From NCBI GenBank assembly GCA_037142675.1, contig JBAXAF010000001.1, forward strand, positions 28,543-92,542: a stretch of DNA of 64,000 nucleotides, given 5' to 3'. Both the position numbers and the translations under genes were made by a program. Below the pieces are notes generated by a model. That model ran no database searches, had not been told where the DNA came from, and saw nothing but the letters and a program-made list of their open reading frames with translations. The stretch comes from Candidatus Berkelbacteria bacterium. GTDB lineage: Bacteria > Patescibacteriota > UBA1384 > XYA2-FULL-43-10 > CAINNR01. Below, piece by piece: positions 27,478 through 37,517 of the stretch. Numbering within the stretch: position 1 is the first letter of the stretch; each line of letters opens with the position of its first letter.

Positions 27478-29904
27478 ATGGATAGTCAAAAAAAAAATTC
27501 TCCAATTATTAATTCGCAATTTAGCGGTCTTTATCAGGCCCTTTCTTCTCAATCAATTATCGACGTATTTGTAGTTCAGGGCTTGGTTCTGCCGGCCGAT
27601 GGTGAAAAGATTAAATCTAAATATCAAAACAATCTTGCGATTGAACGTTTTTTATTATCAAATAAATTAATTTCTCGCGAGGCGATTAACAAGGCCTACA
27701 GCATCATATTAAAACTGCCGTTTATTTCACTTCATAACGTTGCGATTCCGGAAGATGTTAAAAAAGTTGTCCCAGAGCGCTTGGCTAAGAAGTTCCAGGT
27801 AGCGGCTTTTGCAAAAAAAAATCAAATACTCAATTTGGCGATTGCAAATCCTGGAGAGTTATTTTTGCCGCAAAATCAAACGTTGGAGAGTTTAGTCGCC
27901 AGTAAAAATTTAACTTTGGAACTATTTATTACCACACCTGAGGATTTGATTCAGGTTCTTGGTCGTGGCAAAGAGGCTGTGTCCCTAGATAAAGGTAACT
28001 TGCCAGTAATTTTTTTACGCAATAGAAATGTTGACCAAAAAGTTTTGCAATTATTGCCGCTGGAATTTATCTTGAAAAATAGGTTAGTTATTTTTGACAA
28101 ACTAGGTCCAAAAACATTTAGAATTGCCCAGGAAGATCCGTACAATGCTAAAACTAAGCAAATCATTGAATATCTAAAAACCAATAACAATTTGGAGCTA
28201 GAGGAGTTTTCTACTTCAAAGGATGACATAGATTATCTTATTTCTCTCTATCAAAAAGCTGCAGCTGGTGTTGTTTTAGACAAACCCGAAGTTTTGGAGA
28301 AAAAAGCTGACGGCGGAGCCTTTAGCGGCTTGTTGGAATCATTGGTCTCTGACAATAAGCCTGGAATCGCCAGCGAAGAGTCCATCAGTAAAGCTGTCCC
28401 AATGCAAACCAGCAAATTTGGCGAACTATCCGGGCCAAAAAAAAGTTCTGATCAGCCAGCGTCAGCTCAAGATGAAGTTAGGTATGAACTTGAGGCAACA
28501 AAAAAATTAGAAAATGAGGAAAAAGACATAGGAAAACTTTTGGGTAAGGATGTGAAGACAGTGGAAGAGTTAAAGGAAATTGCCAGTGAAAATTCAACCC
28601 CAAAGTTTGTAGCTGGAATAATCAGTTTTGCTCTGACTATCGGTTCTTCTGATATTCATGTTGAGCCAGAGGCCAAAAGACTTAGAATCCGTTGCAGAGT
28701 CGATGGGATATTGAAAGATATTTTTCAATTGCCGCCGGAATATGGTCCTCAAATTATAAGTCGAATAAAAATACTTGCAGGCATGAAACTTGATGAAACC
28801 AGGATCCCACAGGATGGTCGTTTTTCAGTTGACTTCATGGAGCGAGAAGTTGATGTCCGCGTTTCTATGTTGCCAACTGTCTACGGCGAAAAAACCGTAA
28901 TGAGAATCTTGGATAAGACTCAAGGAATAAGGTCGCTGGAGGATTTGGGGTTTGTCGGTTCGGCTTTCAAAATTGTAATGGAGCAAATCAAACAGCCGTA
29001 TGGAATTATTATGTCCACTGGCCCAACTGGATCAGGAAAATCCACAACCTTGTACGCGATACTTAATCGATTAAACCAGCCAGGAGTGAATGTTGTTACC
29101 CTTGAGGACCCAGTTGAATACGAAGTTCCTGGTGTTAACCAGTGCCAAATTAAGCCAAAAATTGGTTTTACTTTTGCTGAAGGCCTTCGAAGCATTTTGC
29201 GACAAGACCCAAACATCATTATGGTTGGTGAGGTTCGCGATGCTGATACGGCTTCAATGGCTACACACGCAGCTCTAACTGGTCATTTGGTCCTAACCAC
29301 TCTGCACACTAATGATGCGGCGTCAGCACTGCCTCGGCTGATCAACATGGGAGTTGAGCCATTTCTAATTACCTCTAGTATAAATTTAATTATTGCACAA
29401 AGATTACTTCGTCGCATTTGCCCTAAGTGCAGGGAAAAGGTTGAAATTCCAGAAGCCCTAAAGCAAGCCATTCAAAAAGAAGTTAACAGCATTTCTAAAA
29501 CCAATCAGGACGATATCGCCAGGGTGAAAGAGTTACAATTTTATAAGGGTCGAGGATGCAAAGAGTGCACAGAGGGTTATAAGGGGCGAGTCGGCATTTA
29601 TGAACTTTTGGTTATGGATGATCAAATCGAGAACTTAGCAGTTTCTCGTCGACCAGCTTCAGAAATTAAAGACGCGGCAATAGCAGCTGGAATGCTAACA
29701 ATGAAGCAAGATGGCATTTTAAAGGCAATAGACGGGTTGACTACAATCGATGAAGTACTGCTGGCTACTGGTGAAGTTGGGATGGGTGAGGCCATCAATG
29801 CGGCTAAAGCTCAAGTTGCCCCGAAACCGGCAATGCCAGACTGCGAACCAGAAGAAAAAAAGGAAAACATAGAACCAAAAGTAAACAATGATAAAAATGA
29901 TTGA
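27478..29904 (+). CDS. pilB: Type IV pilus assembly ATPase PilB/GspE
   Basis: SDIHVEP, PQDGR, GPTGSGKSTT, EDPVEY, LRQDPNIIMVGEVRD, CPKC...CKEC; two MshEN-like N-terminal domains. Confidence 0.93.
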   Translation: MDSQKKNSPIINSQFSGLYQALSSQSIIDVFVVQGLVLPADGEKIKSKYQNNLAIERFLLSNKLISREAINKAYSIILKLPFISLHNVAIPEDVKKVVPERLAKKFQVAAFAKKNQILNLAIANPGELFLPQNQTLESLVASKNLTLELFITTPEDLIQVLGRGKEAVSLDKGNLPVIFLRNRNVDQKVLQLLPLEFILKNRLVIFDKLGPKTFRIAQEDPYNAKTKQIIEYLKTNNNLELEEFSTSKDDIDYLISLYQKAAAGVVLDKPEVLEKKADGGAFSGLLESLVSDNKPGIASEESISKAVPMQTSKFGELSGPKKSSDQPASAQDEVRYELEATKKLENEEKDIGKLLGKDVKTVEELKEIASENSTPKFVAGIISFALTIGSSDIHVEPEAKRLRIRCRVDGILKDIFQLPPEYGPQIISRIKILAGMKLDETRIPQDGRFSVDFMEREVDVRVSMLPTVYGEKTVMRILDKTQGIRSLEDLGFVGSAFKIVMEQIKQPYGIIMSTGPTGSGKSTTLYAILNRLNQPGVNVVTLEDPVEYEVPGVNQCQIKPKIGFTFAEGLRSILRQDPNIIMVGEVRDADTASMATHAALTGHLVLTTLHTNDAASALPRLINMGVEPFLITSSINLIIAQRLLRRICPKCREKVEIPEALKQAIQKEVNSISKTNQDDIARVKELQFYKGRGCKECTEGYKGRVGIYELLVMDDQIENLAVSRRPASEIKDAAIAAGMLTMKQDGILKAIDGLTTIDEVLLATGEVGMGEAINAAKAQVAPKPAMPDCEPEEKKENIEPKVNNDKND

Positions 29905-29982
29905 TCAAATACGCTAGACATTGTTTGACTGCAGTGGTTTTTCTTTGGTATCATAATATTAAGTTAACATCCTGGAGGGAAT

Positions 29983-31065
29983 ATGGAGCCTACTGGCAAT
30001 GATACTTCGAAGTTCCCGGCGTTTTCACGCCTGCTTAGTTTGGCGATCTCGAAAGGTGCCTCTGACATCCATATTGTTGTTGGTTCTCATCCACTACTGC
30101 GGATAGATGGTAGGTTGCTGCCAGTTACCTCTGAGCCACCTTTGACGCTTGATAAGGTTAATAATCTACTGTCGGAAATCGCCAGCCCAGAGATTTTAGA
30201 AAAAGTTAAATCTAAAACAGAAATGGATTTTTCTTTTGAATTTGATCACACTCGATTCCGCACAAATGTGTATTTGCAAAAGAATCTGCCGGCTGCATCA
30301 CTGCGGTTAATTCCTAGCAAGGTAAAAACTTACACAGAACTTGGTTTGCCGCCAATCGTTGAATTTTTTACCTCTCAGTCTCAAGGCCTGGTTATTATTA
30401 CCGGCCCAACTGGCCATGGAAAATCAACCACACTGGCTTCAATGGTGCAAAAAATTAATTTAGAGCGGCGCGAGCATATTATTACTATTGAAGATCCAAT
30501 TGAGTATTTGTTTACCAGCGAAAAGAGCTTGGTTTCCCAACGTGAAATTGGCACTGACAGTCAAAGTTTTCCAGCAGCGCTTCGGAGTGCTCTTCGTGAG
30601 GACCCAAATGTTATACTCATTGGTGAAATGCGAGATCTGGAAACCATCGAATCCGCGCTAACAATGGCGGAAACTGGACACTTAGTTTTGACGACTCTGC
30701 ACACAAATTCAGCTGCTCAAACCATAGATCGAATCGTTGGAGTTTTCCCAGCTTATCAGCAACAGCAAATTAGGAGCCAGCTGGCGTCAGTTCTCTTGGG
30801 AGTTATGTCCCAAAGGCTGATTCCAAAAATATCAGGTGGCCGAGCGGTTGCCGCTGAGGTAATGATTGCAAATCCTGCAATTCGCACCTTGGTTCGTGAT
30901 AACAAAATACATCAAATTCCGAATGTTATTCAAACATCTGCTTCAGAAGGTATGATTTTGCTTGATAAGGTTCTGGCTGAATTAATTTCTCGCGGAGAAG
31001 TTTCGCTCGAAGATGCACTGACCTGGTCAATATCTCCGAAGTCTCTAAAAATGATGGTGTATTAA
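29983..31065 (+). CDS. pilT: Type IV pilus retraction ATPase PilT
   Basis: ASDIH, GPTGHGKSTT, ALREDPNVILIGEMRD, TLHTNSA, AIRTLVRD. Confidence 0.93.
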   Translation: MEPTGNDTSKFPAFSRLLSLAISKGASDIHIVVGSHPLLRIDGRLLPVTSEPPLTLDKVNNLLSEIASPEILEKVKSKTEMDFSFEFDHTRFRTNVYLQKNLPAASLRLIPSKVKTYTELGLPPIVEFFTSQSQGLVIITGPTGHGKSTTLASMVQKINLERREHIITIEDPIEYLFTSEKSLVSQREIGTDSQSFPAALRSALREDPNVILIGEMRDLETIESALTMAETGHLVLTTLHTNSAAQTIDRIVGVFPAYQQQQIRSQLASVLLGVMSQRLIPKISGGRAVAAEVMIANPAIRTLVRDNKIHQIPNVIQTSASEGMILLDKVLAELISRGEVSLEDALTWSISPKSLKMMVY

Positions 31066-31066
31066 T

Positions 31067-32269
31067 ATGATGAGATTTAAATACAGGGCGAAAAATGATC
31101 GCGGCGACATGGTCGGCGGCGTTGTTCGAGCTGATAATGTTTTGGCCGCAGAAAAGATTCTGCGTTCAAATAATCTGGTTACCGTCGACATTTTCCCCGA
31201 AACCACTGAGGTTTTTTCGGTTTTTGGAATTCGCAAAAAGGTTTCTCTTAGAGACAAGGCTATTTTTTCCAGCCAGCTTTCCACTATGGTTTCTGCTGGT
31301 TTGTCGTTGCCAAAGTCAATCAACATTATTGCGGCCCAAACTGATAATCAGTATCTCAAAAGTATTTTTTATAACGTCAACCGCGACCTAGAAGAAGGGT
31401 TGAATTTCTCATCTTCATTGGCAAAATACCCGGATGTTTTCGACGAGCTTTTTGTTAATGTTGTTAGGTCGGGCGAATCAACCGGTAACCTTGAAACAGT
31501 AATGCAGCGAATGTCAGAGAAAATTGATAAAGATCAAAATTTGTCTGCCAAACTTTTCTCAGCAATGATTTACCCAATCTTCATTATTGTAGCTTTAATT
31601 GGTGTCGGCTGGTTATTACTGGTGAAAATTGTGCCGCAAATTGAATCTGTTTTTAAAGATTCCAACGCCGCTCTTCCTTGGGCGACATCGACCTTAATTT
31701 CCATTTCCCATTTTCTCTCCGGCTACTGGTGGATAATATTATTAGCTGTGCTTTTACTTGTATTTTTTGGTCGCTATTATCTGGCCACAAATCAAGGTAA
31801 GGCCTTTTACGCCAAGGCACAATTAAGCATCCCAGGGTTCAAGAAGGTGTCATCAGATGTCTATATGGCAAGGTTCTGTCGAACAATTCAAATGCTTTTT
31901 GAGTCGGGTGTGCCGCTTTTGGACGCAATTAACACAACCGGTAACGTTATGGTAAACAGCTACTACAAAAGTTCGCTCCAAAGAATTTCAAAAGAGGTTC
32001 AAAAAGGTGTATCATTAAGTGTAGAACTTTCTAAGGATCCATTGTACCCACCGCTAATTAGCCAAATGATGGCGGTTGGCGAGCAAACCGGTAAATCTGC
32101 TGATGTAATGGAGAAATTGGCTAAGTTTTATGAAGACGAAGCTCAGAACGCAATCAGTGGTGTATATTCATTGGTTGAGCCGCTAGCTATGGTTCTTGTA
32201 GGCATTGGAGTGGCTGTCTTAGTTTTTGCTATATTAGTTCCAATATATCAAATAGCACAAATGCAGTAA
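31067..32269 (+). CDS. pilC: Type IV pilus platform protein PilC/GspF
   Basis: FKYRAKN, GESTGNL, AMIYP, VGEQTG, LVEP. Confidence 0.93.
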   Translation: MMRFKYRAKNDRGDMVGGVVRADNVLAAEKILRSNNLVTVDIFPETTEVFSVFGIRKKVSLRDKAIFSSQLSTMVSAGLSLPKSINIIAAQTDNQYLKSIFYNVNRDLEEGLNFSSSLAKYPDVFDELFVNVVRSGESTGNLETVMQRMSEKIDKDQNLSAKLFSAMIYPIFIIVALIGVGWLLLVKIVPQIESVFKDSNAALPWATSTLISISHFLSGYWWIILLAVLLLVFFGRYYLATNQGKAFYAKAQLSIPGFKKVSSDVYMARFCRTIQMLFESGVPLLDAINTTGNVMVNSYYKSSLQRISKEVQKGVSLSVELSKDPLYPPLISQMMAVGEQTGKSADVMEKLAKFYEDEAQNAISGVYSLVEPLAMVLVGIGVAVLVFAILVPIYQIAQMQ

Positions 32270-32330
32270 GCCGCGGTCGGTCGGTAGCATTGAATTGCTA
32301 ATTTAGTTAAATATTTATTTAGGAGGAAAA

Positions 32331-32849
32331 ATGAAGAGTAGAAAAGCCTTTACATTAATTGAGCTTCTTATTGTTATCGCCATTATTGGCATTTTGGCTG
32401 CTGTTATCTTTGTCAGCTTGAACGCTGCTAGAAAGAAAGCCTATGATGCGCAAGTTAAGAGCGACATGACATCGCTTTCACAGGCCCTTGAGATTGTTAA
32501 GATAGACAGAACCTTGCCAGGATTTAATTGGTCCACACTTGTAGATGTCCCTTCAACCGTTGCCACTTCAAATGATGCCAATATTGCTCGCTGGACAGAC
32601 AGTGGTGATGCTACAACCGGTAATCGATTGGTTCCGAAACTACCTACTAATCCAAATGGTGGCGTTTATGGCATTCACATTATTGCTGGCAACTCTTACT
32701 CCATGGTTGGCGCACTTAGTGTCGCGAACAAATTTTACTGCATTAAAGACGGCCAATCCAAAGAGTTTACTGCGGTTGCAACCGCCGCCGCTGGGACAAC
32801 TCCAGCAGCCACCAATCTTCAAAATGCTCATACGGCGTGTGATTCCTAG
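32331..32849 (+). CDS. Type IV major pilin candidate 1
   Basis: KA-FTLIELLIVIAIIGILAA; AGGAGG SD; C-terminal Cys pair; own terminator. Confidence 0.9.
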   Translation: MKSRKAFTLIELLIVIAIIGILAAVIFVSLNAARKKAYDAQVKSDMTSLSQALEIVKIDRTLPGFNWSTLVDVPSTVATSNDANIARWTDSGDATTGNRLVPKLPTNPNGGVYGIHIIAGNSYSMVGALSVANKFYCIKDGQSKEFTAVATAAAGTTPAATNLQNAHTACDS

Positions 32850-32873
32850 AAGTGATTCTTAGCTTTTGTTAAT

Positions 32874-32909
32874 GTTTGTCCCGCTTCTAGCGGGACAAAC
32901 TTGTTTTTT
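32874..32909 (+). terminator. Terminator after pilin 1
   Basis: GTTTGTCCCGCT-TCT-AGCGGGACAAAC-TTGTTTTTT; repeated at 33730. Confidence 0.8.
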
Positions 32910-32920
32910 CTACCATATAT

Positions 32921-33027
32921 TTATGGTAAATAGCTACTACAAAAGTTCACTGTAAATAATTTCAAAAGAGCTCCAAAAAGTGTATCATTATAAGTGTAGA
33001 ACTTTACAAATAGCACAAATGCAGTAA
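32921..33027 (+). pseudogene. Decayed, internally deleted copy of the pilC 3' end
   Basis: Matches 31947-32030 (with in-frame stop and indels) joined to 32249-32269. Confidence 0.8.
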
Positions 33028-33078
33028 GCCGCGGTCGGTCGGTAGCATTGAATTGCTAATTTAGTTAAATATTTATTT

Positions 33079-33132
33079 ACCCCTGTTAAATGCGCCTACG
33101 GCGCAACTCGCGAAACGAGTATTTAACGGGGT
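33079..33132. repeat. Palindromic element family B, copy 2
   Basis: ACCCCTGTTAAAT...ATTTAACGGGGT; absent from the equivalent site before pilin 1. Confidence 0.8.
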
Positions 33133-33143
33133 GTAGGAGGAAA

Positions 33144-33701
33144 ATGCGAAAAGTAATGCAGTCCGCCTGTGGCGGAAAGAGTAGAAAAGCCTTTACATTA
33201 ATTGAGCTTCTTATTGTTATCGCCATTATTGGCATATTGGCTGCCGTTATCTTTGTTAGTTTGAACGCTGCCAGAAAGAAAGCCTACGATGCGCAAGTTA
33301 AGAGCGATATGACATCACTTTCACAGGCCCTTGAGATTGTTAAAATTGATAGGCCTCTAACCCCAATGCCACTAGCTTTCACGCAGCTTATATATGATAA
33401 GGATAATCTTGGCACATCTGACAGAAATATTGCTCGCTGGACAGACAGTGGTGATGCCGCAACTGGAGGCAGGTTAGTGCCAAAGCTTCCAATTAACCAA
33501 AATAATTCTTCATATTTTATCAACATCGGACCTACATCGAGCGATTATGCGCTTATTAGCGCGCTTAGTATTCCTAACAAGTTTTTCTGTGTTCACAATG
33601 GACAGTCGTTTGAAATTATTGGTGTAGCCACAGCTGCGGCTGGCACCACTCCTGCCGTTCCTGTTTTTACAGATGCAAAAAATCAGTGCGCTACGTCCTA
33701 G
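33144..33701 (+). CDS. Type IV pilin candidate 2 (paralog of pilin 1)
   Basis: Same N-terminal ~55 aa; AGGAGG SD before ATG 33144; leader lengthened by 10 codons. Confidence 0.88.
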   Translation: MRKVMQSACGGKSRKAFTLIELLIVIAIIGILAAVIFVSLNAARKKAYDAQVKSDMTSLSQALEIVKIDRPLTPMPLAFTQLIYDKDNLGTSDRNIARWTDSGDAATGGRLVPKLPINQNNSSYFINIGPTSSDYALISALSIPNKFFCVHNGQSFEIIGVATAAAGTTPAVPVFTDAKNQCATS

Positions 33702-33729
33702 CCTAGCGTGTCCTTTGCGTATATGGAAA

Positions 33730-33764
33730 GTTTGTCCCGCTTCTAGCGGGACAAACTTGTTTTT
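33730..33764 (+). terminator. Terminator after pilin 2
   Basis: Identical hairpin to 32874. Confidence 0.75.
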
Positions 33765-33772
33765 GCTAAGAT

Positions 33773-34534
33773 ATGTTTATGGCAGTAGCTTTAATTTTTT
33801 TGCTGGTCGGCTTGTTTGTTGGCAGTTTTTTAAATGTGCTAATTTTTCGCTTTCCTGAGATGAAAGGCTTGGTTTCTGGCCGCTCCTATTGTCCTCACTG
33901 TAAAAAAACCATTGCTTGGTTCGATCTTATTCCGGTTGCGAGCTATATTATTCTTTGGGGTAAGTGTCGAAATTGTCGAAAACAAATATCATTGCAATAT
34001 CCACTGGTTGAAATATCTACTGGAATCGTCTTTTTTTTCTTGGCAAAAACAATTGGTGTTGACTACCCACTAATCGGCTATTTGTTGATCGCTTGTGTAT
34101 CTATGTTAATTTTCGTATATGACGCCAAGTTTCTTGAAATTCCTGAAGTTTTTTCCTGGTTGCTGTTGATTTCCGCAATCGTGCTTACGGTACTTAGTTC
34201 AAGTTTTTCTATAAACGATTTTCTATTAGGTGGCTTAATTGGCGGTGGTGTACTGGGAATTATGGTGGGTATTTCGGAAGAACGGATGATGGGATCAGGC
34301 GACATCAAAATTGGTCTAGCTTTTGGTTTTTTGCTCGGTGCCCACAGATCAATCCTGTTTTTATTTTTATCGTTTATTATTGGTGCTATTGTCGGTTTAA
34401 TCCTAATGATGTCTAGCAAGAAAAAAGTGCAGTCAGAAATTGCTTTTGCGCCTTTTTTAATTATAGCAGCCCTAATTTGTATTATTTGGGGTAACCAGCT
34501 AGTTAATTTGTGCCAAAAATTTGCTATGATATAA
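33773..34534 (+). CDS. pilD: Prepilin peptidase
   Basis: GSFLNV, RSYCPHC, DLIPVASY, GKCRNC, MGSGDIK, IAFAPF. Confidence 0.95.
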   Translation: MFMAVALIFLLVGLFVGSFLNVLIFRFPEMKGLVSGRSYCPHCKKTIAWFDLIPVASYIILWGKCRNCRKQISLQYPLVEISTGIVFFFLAKTIGVDYPLIGYLLIACVSMLIFVYDAKFLEIPEVFSWLLLISAIVLTVLSSSFSINDFLLGGLIGGGVLGIMVGISEERMMGSGDIKIGLAFGFLLGAHRSILFLFLSFIIGAIVGLILMMSSKKKVQSEIAFAPFLIIAALICIIWGNQLVNLCQKFAMI

Positions 34535-34536
34535 TC

Positions 34537-35115
34537 ATGAAAATTACGCAGCGCTACTATGCCGCTTTTTTGCAAGTGCCGAATAAAAGGAAGGGGATGA
34601 CGCTGATTGAGCTTCTGATCTCTCTTGCTATAATCGGCATGATGACTGGAATTGCCTTCCCTATTTTTTCTTATTATCAAAAAAGAAGCACTGCGGACAG
34701 CGACATCCGAAATTTTGTTTCACTTTTCAATTACGCCAGGTCGCTGCAGAACAATCCGGAGAATGTCTCCAGGCTTGATTCAAACAAGAATTACAATTAC
34801 GAAATTAAGTTCACTAATTCATCGAATATAAATCGCGCTGAGCTGTATCTAAAAACTGATGATCCGGCTGGGCCAATAATTATTGATAAAATTGATTTTG
34901 CCGAAGATATCATGGTGAATGGCGATGTTGGTGGTAACGAGCTTAAGATTACTTTTGGTGGGACCCTGCCAGATGAAAATATTTCCTGCTCTCCAACTGA
35001 TTGCTCAACTTCAATTGCAATAGGGCTCACGACCAGGGGTGCGGGCTCAATTATCAAAACCGCAACGATACTAAATACAACCGCTTCCCAGCTGCTATCA
35101 ATATCAAATAATTAA
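34537..35115 (+). CDS. Minor pilin (FimT-like)
   Basis: KG-MTLIELLISLAIIG. Confidence 0.8.
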   Translation: MKITQRYYAAFLQVPNKRKGMTLIELLISLAIIGMMTGIAFPIFSYYQKRSTADSDIRNFVSLFNYARSLQNNPENVSRLDSNKNYNYEIKFTNSSNINRAELYLKTDDPAGPIIIDKIDFAEDIMVNGDVGGNELKITFGGTLPDENISCSPTDCSTSIAIGLTTRGAGSIIKTATILNTTASQLLSISNN

Positions 35116-35123
35116 TTTTTTAG

Positions 35124-35696
35124 ATGAAATTTTTAGTTAAAAAATCTCGGGGCTTCGGTTTAATAGAAACTCTGGTTGCTTGCGCAATATTGATTTTGAT
35201 TTGTGGTTCTCTGCTGGCGATCAATGTCCTGGTAGCTCGCGATATTATTTTTGCCAGAGGACGATCTGTTGCTTTTAATTTGGCACAAGAAGGAATCGAA
35301 AGTGTAAGACAAATCCGTGATACTAATTTAGTTGATAGGCAGGATACAACAAATTGGAACACTTTTGTTTGTAGCGCCACTGGGCTTTCGCCACTAGATT
35401 ACTCTAGTGTATATAAAGTTACTGAAGGTCGCTTGAACTCATGCTATCCAGACAATACTACCTCAAGAATTGCCTTAACGCCAGACAGCGCCGGAGAGCC
35501 AATTACTATTGGTCCCGTAACATATATCAGAAAGATTAGTTTTATAGTTTCTGGTATTAATCCAGCCATCAGCAACGCAACAATTACAAGTGCTAACTCG
35601 GTTCGAGTTAAAGTTCAGGTTGATTGGACCGAAAACGGAAGCGACCGCACAATTCAAGCCACTGAATTACTTACCAACTGGAAGCGGGGACTGTGA
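35124..35696 (+). CDS. Minor pilin (PilV-like)
   Basis: RG-FGLIETLVA, AFNLAQEGIESVRQIRD, LTNWK. Confidence 0.82.
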   Translation: MKFLVKKSRGFGLIETLVACAILILICGSLLAINVLVARDIIFARGRSVAFNLAQEGIESVRQIRDTNLVDRQDTTNWNTFVCSATGLSPLDYSSVYKVTEGRLNSCYPDNTTSRIALTPDSAGEPITIGPVTYIRKISFIVSGINPAISNATITSANSVRVKVQVDWTENGSDRTIQATELLTNWKRGL

Positions 35697-36385
35697 GCAA
35701 TTTTCAAACAAGAACAGTGTTAAAGAATATGAAATCAAAAAAAGCCTTTACCTTAATTGAGATTCTAGTTGCTGTAGCGATATTTTCGACTGCAATGATT
35801 ATTGCTACAGGCATTTTTTCCAATGTTATAGGTAGCCAAAGCTTGGTTACCGCTAGCTCAACTGTGAATAATGAAGCTCAGCGTATTTTGCGTCAAATAT
35901 CAGACGACACAGTAAACGCTATCGGAACTGGAACAACAAATATTCCAGCCGGAACGGCTGGAAGTGATATTCAGGCCAAAGGTATTTTGTTTTTGAAAGA
36001 TGATGGATCAATCGCAAGCGCGGCCGATATTCCAACTGGAGTAGTTCTTTTTTCCAGTGCTGGCTTAAAAATTTACAGAATAAAAAATAATAATATCGAA
36101 TATACTGCCGATACGACATCAAATAAGTTGAGATTCAACTCCCTGGCTTCACCACCTAAAGTTGACGAGCGGCCGAGCGGCTACAATTTCCTCAGACTCA
36201 ACAGCTCGAATGTTGAAATCAGCACACTCAATCTTTCCGGGTTTTTCTGTTACAATTCTAGTTGTTTGCAGGCGCCGTATCTTAAAATTGATATGACGAT
36301 TCAAACAAAAAACTATTCATCTCAAGCTGCAAGACATCGGGCAAAGATTCAACTGCGAACAATGGTTACTGGCAGAAGCTATTGA
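35693..36385 (+). CDS. Minor pilin (PilW-like)
   Basis: KA-FTLIEILVAVAIF; C-terminal LRTMVTGRSY. Confidence 0.82.
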   Translation: MSNFQTRTVLKNMKSKKAFTLIEILVAVAIFSTAMIIATGIFSNVIGSQSLVTASSTVNNEAQRILRQISDDTVNAIGTGTTNIPAGTAGSDIQAKGILFLKDDGSIASAADIPTGVVLFSSAGLKIYRIKNNNIEYTADTTSNKLRFNSLASPPKVDERPSGYNFLRLNSSNVEISTLNLSGFFCYNSSCLQAPYLKIDMTIQTKNYSSQAARHRAKIQLRTMVTGRSY

Positions 36386-36389
36386 TAAA

Positions 36390-36515
36390 ATCAATTTCTA
36401 ATATCTAATTCCTAATTTCTAAACAAATCCAAATGACCAAAATCCAAATTTTTAAAACTTTAAGATATTTGAATTTTGAAATTGTCTGGAGTTTAGAGGT
36501 TGGAATTTAGAATTT
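36390..36515. repeat. AT-rich heptamer-based imperfect inverted repeat, copy 2
   Basis: AATTTCT AATATCT AATTCCT AATTTCT AAACAAATCCAAATGA...GTTTAGA...ATTTAGAATTT. Confidence 0.6.
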
Positions 36516-36533
36516 AATTTTGCGGAGCAAAAT

Positions 36534-37517
36534 ATGAAACGAATCTTTTCAGGCATTCAACCAACTGGTATCCTGCATTTAGGTAATTATCTCGGTGCCA
36601 TTAAGCAATGGGTGGATTTGCAGCATAAAGTTGATGAATCAATTTTTTGCGTTGTTGATTTGCACGCCATTACTGTTGATCGCGATCCTAAATTGCCTGA
36701 GAATATTCTAAATGTCGCTGCTTGGTATCTGGCTTGCGGTGTCGACTTATCGAAATCAAAAATCTTTGTTCAGTCAATGCGTCCGGAGCACACCGAATTG
36801 GCCTGGGTTTTGAATTGCTTCGCCACTATGGGGGAGTTGGGCAGAATGACACAGTATAAAGAAAAGTCTGAGGGGAAAAAGGACTTAGTTTCCGTTGGGC
36901 TTTTTGACTATCCAATTCTAATGGCTGCCGACATACTATTATACGGCGCGACTGACGTGCCCGTTGGCGACGACCAAAAACAGCATGTCGAGTTAGCCCG
37001 TGATTTAGCAATCCGTTTCAATAATAAATATGGTAACGTTTTTACCGTGCCCGAGCCAATAATTCGCCAAGATGTTCAGCGGGTTAAGGGCTTGGACAAC
37101 CCGGAAAAGAAAATGGCAAAGTCCGCCGGCTCGGAATACAACTTTATTGCTTTGTCGGATGAACCAGACGTTGTGCGAAAAAAAATTAGTCGAGCAGTTA
37201 CAGATTCTGGAAGTGAAATTGTTGCACGCGAAGATAAACCAGCAATGACAAACTTGCTAAATATTTTCTCTGGAATTTCCGGCCGCGATATAAAAAGTTT
37301 GGAAGCCGATTTTGCTGGTAAAGGCTACGGGGACTTTAAAAAGGCTCTGGCTGAAGAAATTATTTTATTTTTAGAGCCAAAGCAAGCAAAATACAAAGAA
37401 ATCATCGCCGATAAGGATAAGTTGCGCAAAACTCTAATCGATGGCGCCAAGTCAGTCGAGCCAATTGCCCAAAAAACGCTAGAAGAAGTGAGGAAAAAAA
37501 TCGGGTTGGGAATTTAA
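36534..37517 (+). CDS. trpS: Tryptophan--tRNA ligase
   Basis: SGIQPTGILHLGNY, YPILMAADIL, VPVGDDQKQH, KMAKS. Confidence 0.97.
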   Translation: MKRIFSGIQPTGILHLGNYLGAIKQWVDLQHKVDESIFCVVDLHAITVDRDPKLPENILNVAAWYLACGVDLSKSKIFVQSMRPEHTELAWVLNCFATMGELGRMTQYKEKSEGKKDLVSVGLFDYPILMAADILLYGATDVPVGDDQKQHVELARDLAIRFNNKYGNVFTVPEPIIRQDVQRVKGLDNPEKKMAKSAGSEYNFIALSDEPDVVRKKISRAVTDSGSEIVAREDKPAMTNLLNIFSGISGRDIKSLEADFAGKGYGDFKKALAEEIILFLEPKQAKYKEIIADKDKLRKTLIDGAKSVEPIAQKTLEEVRKKIGLGI

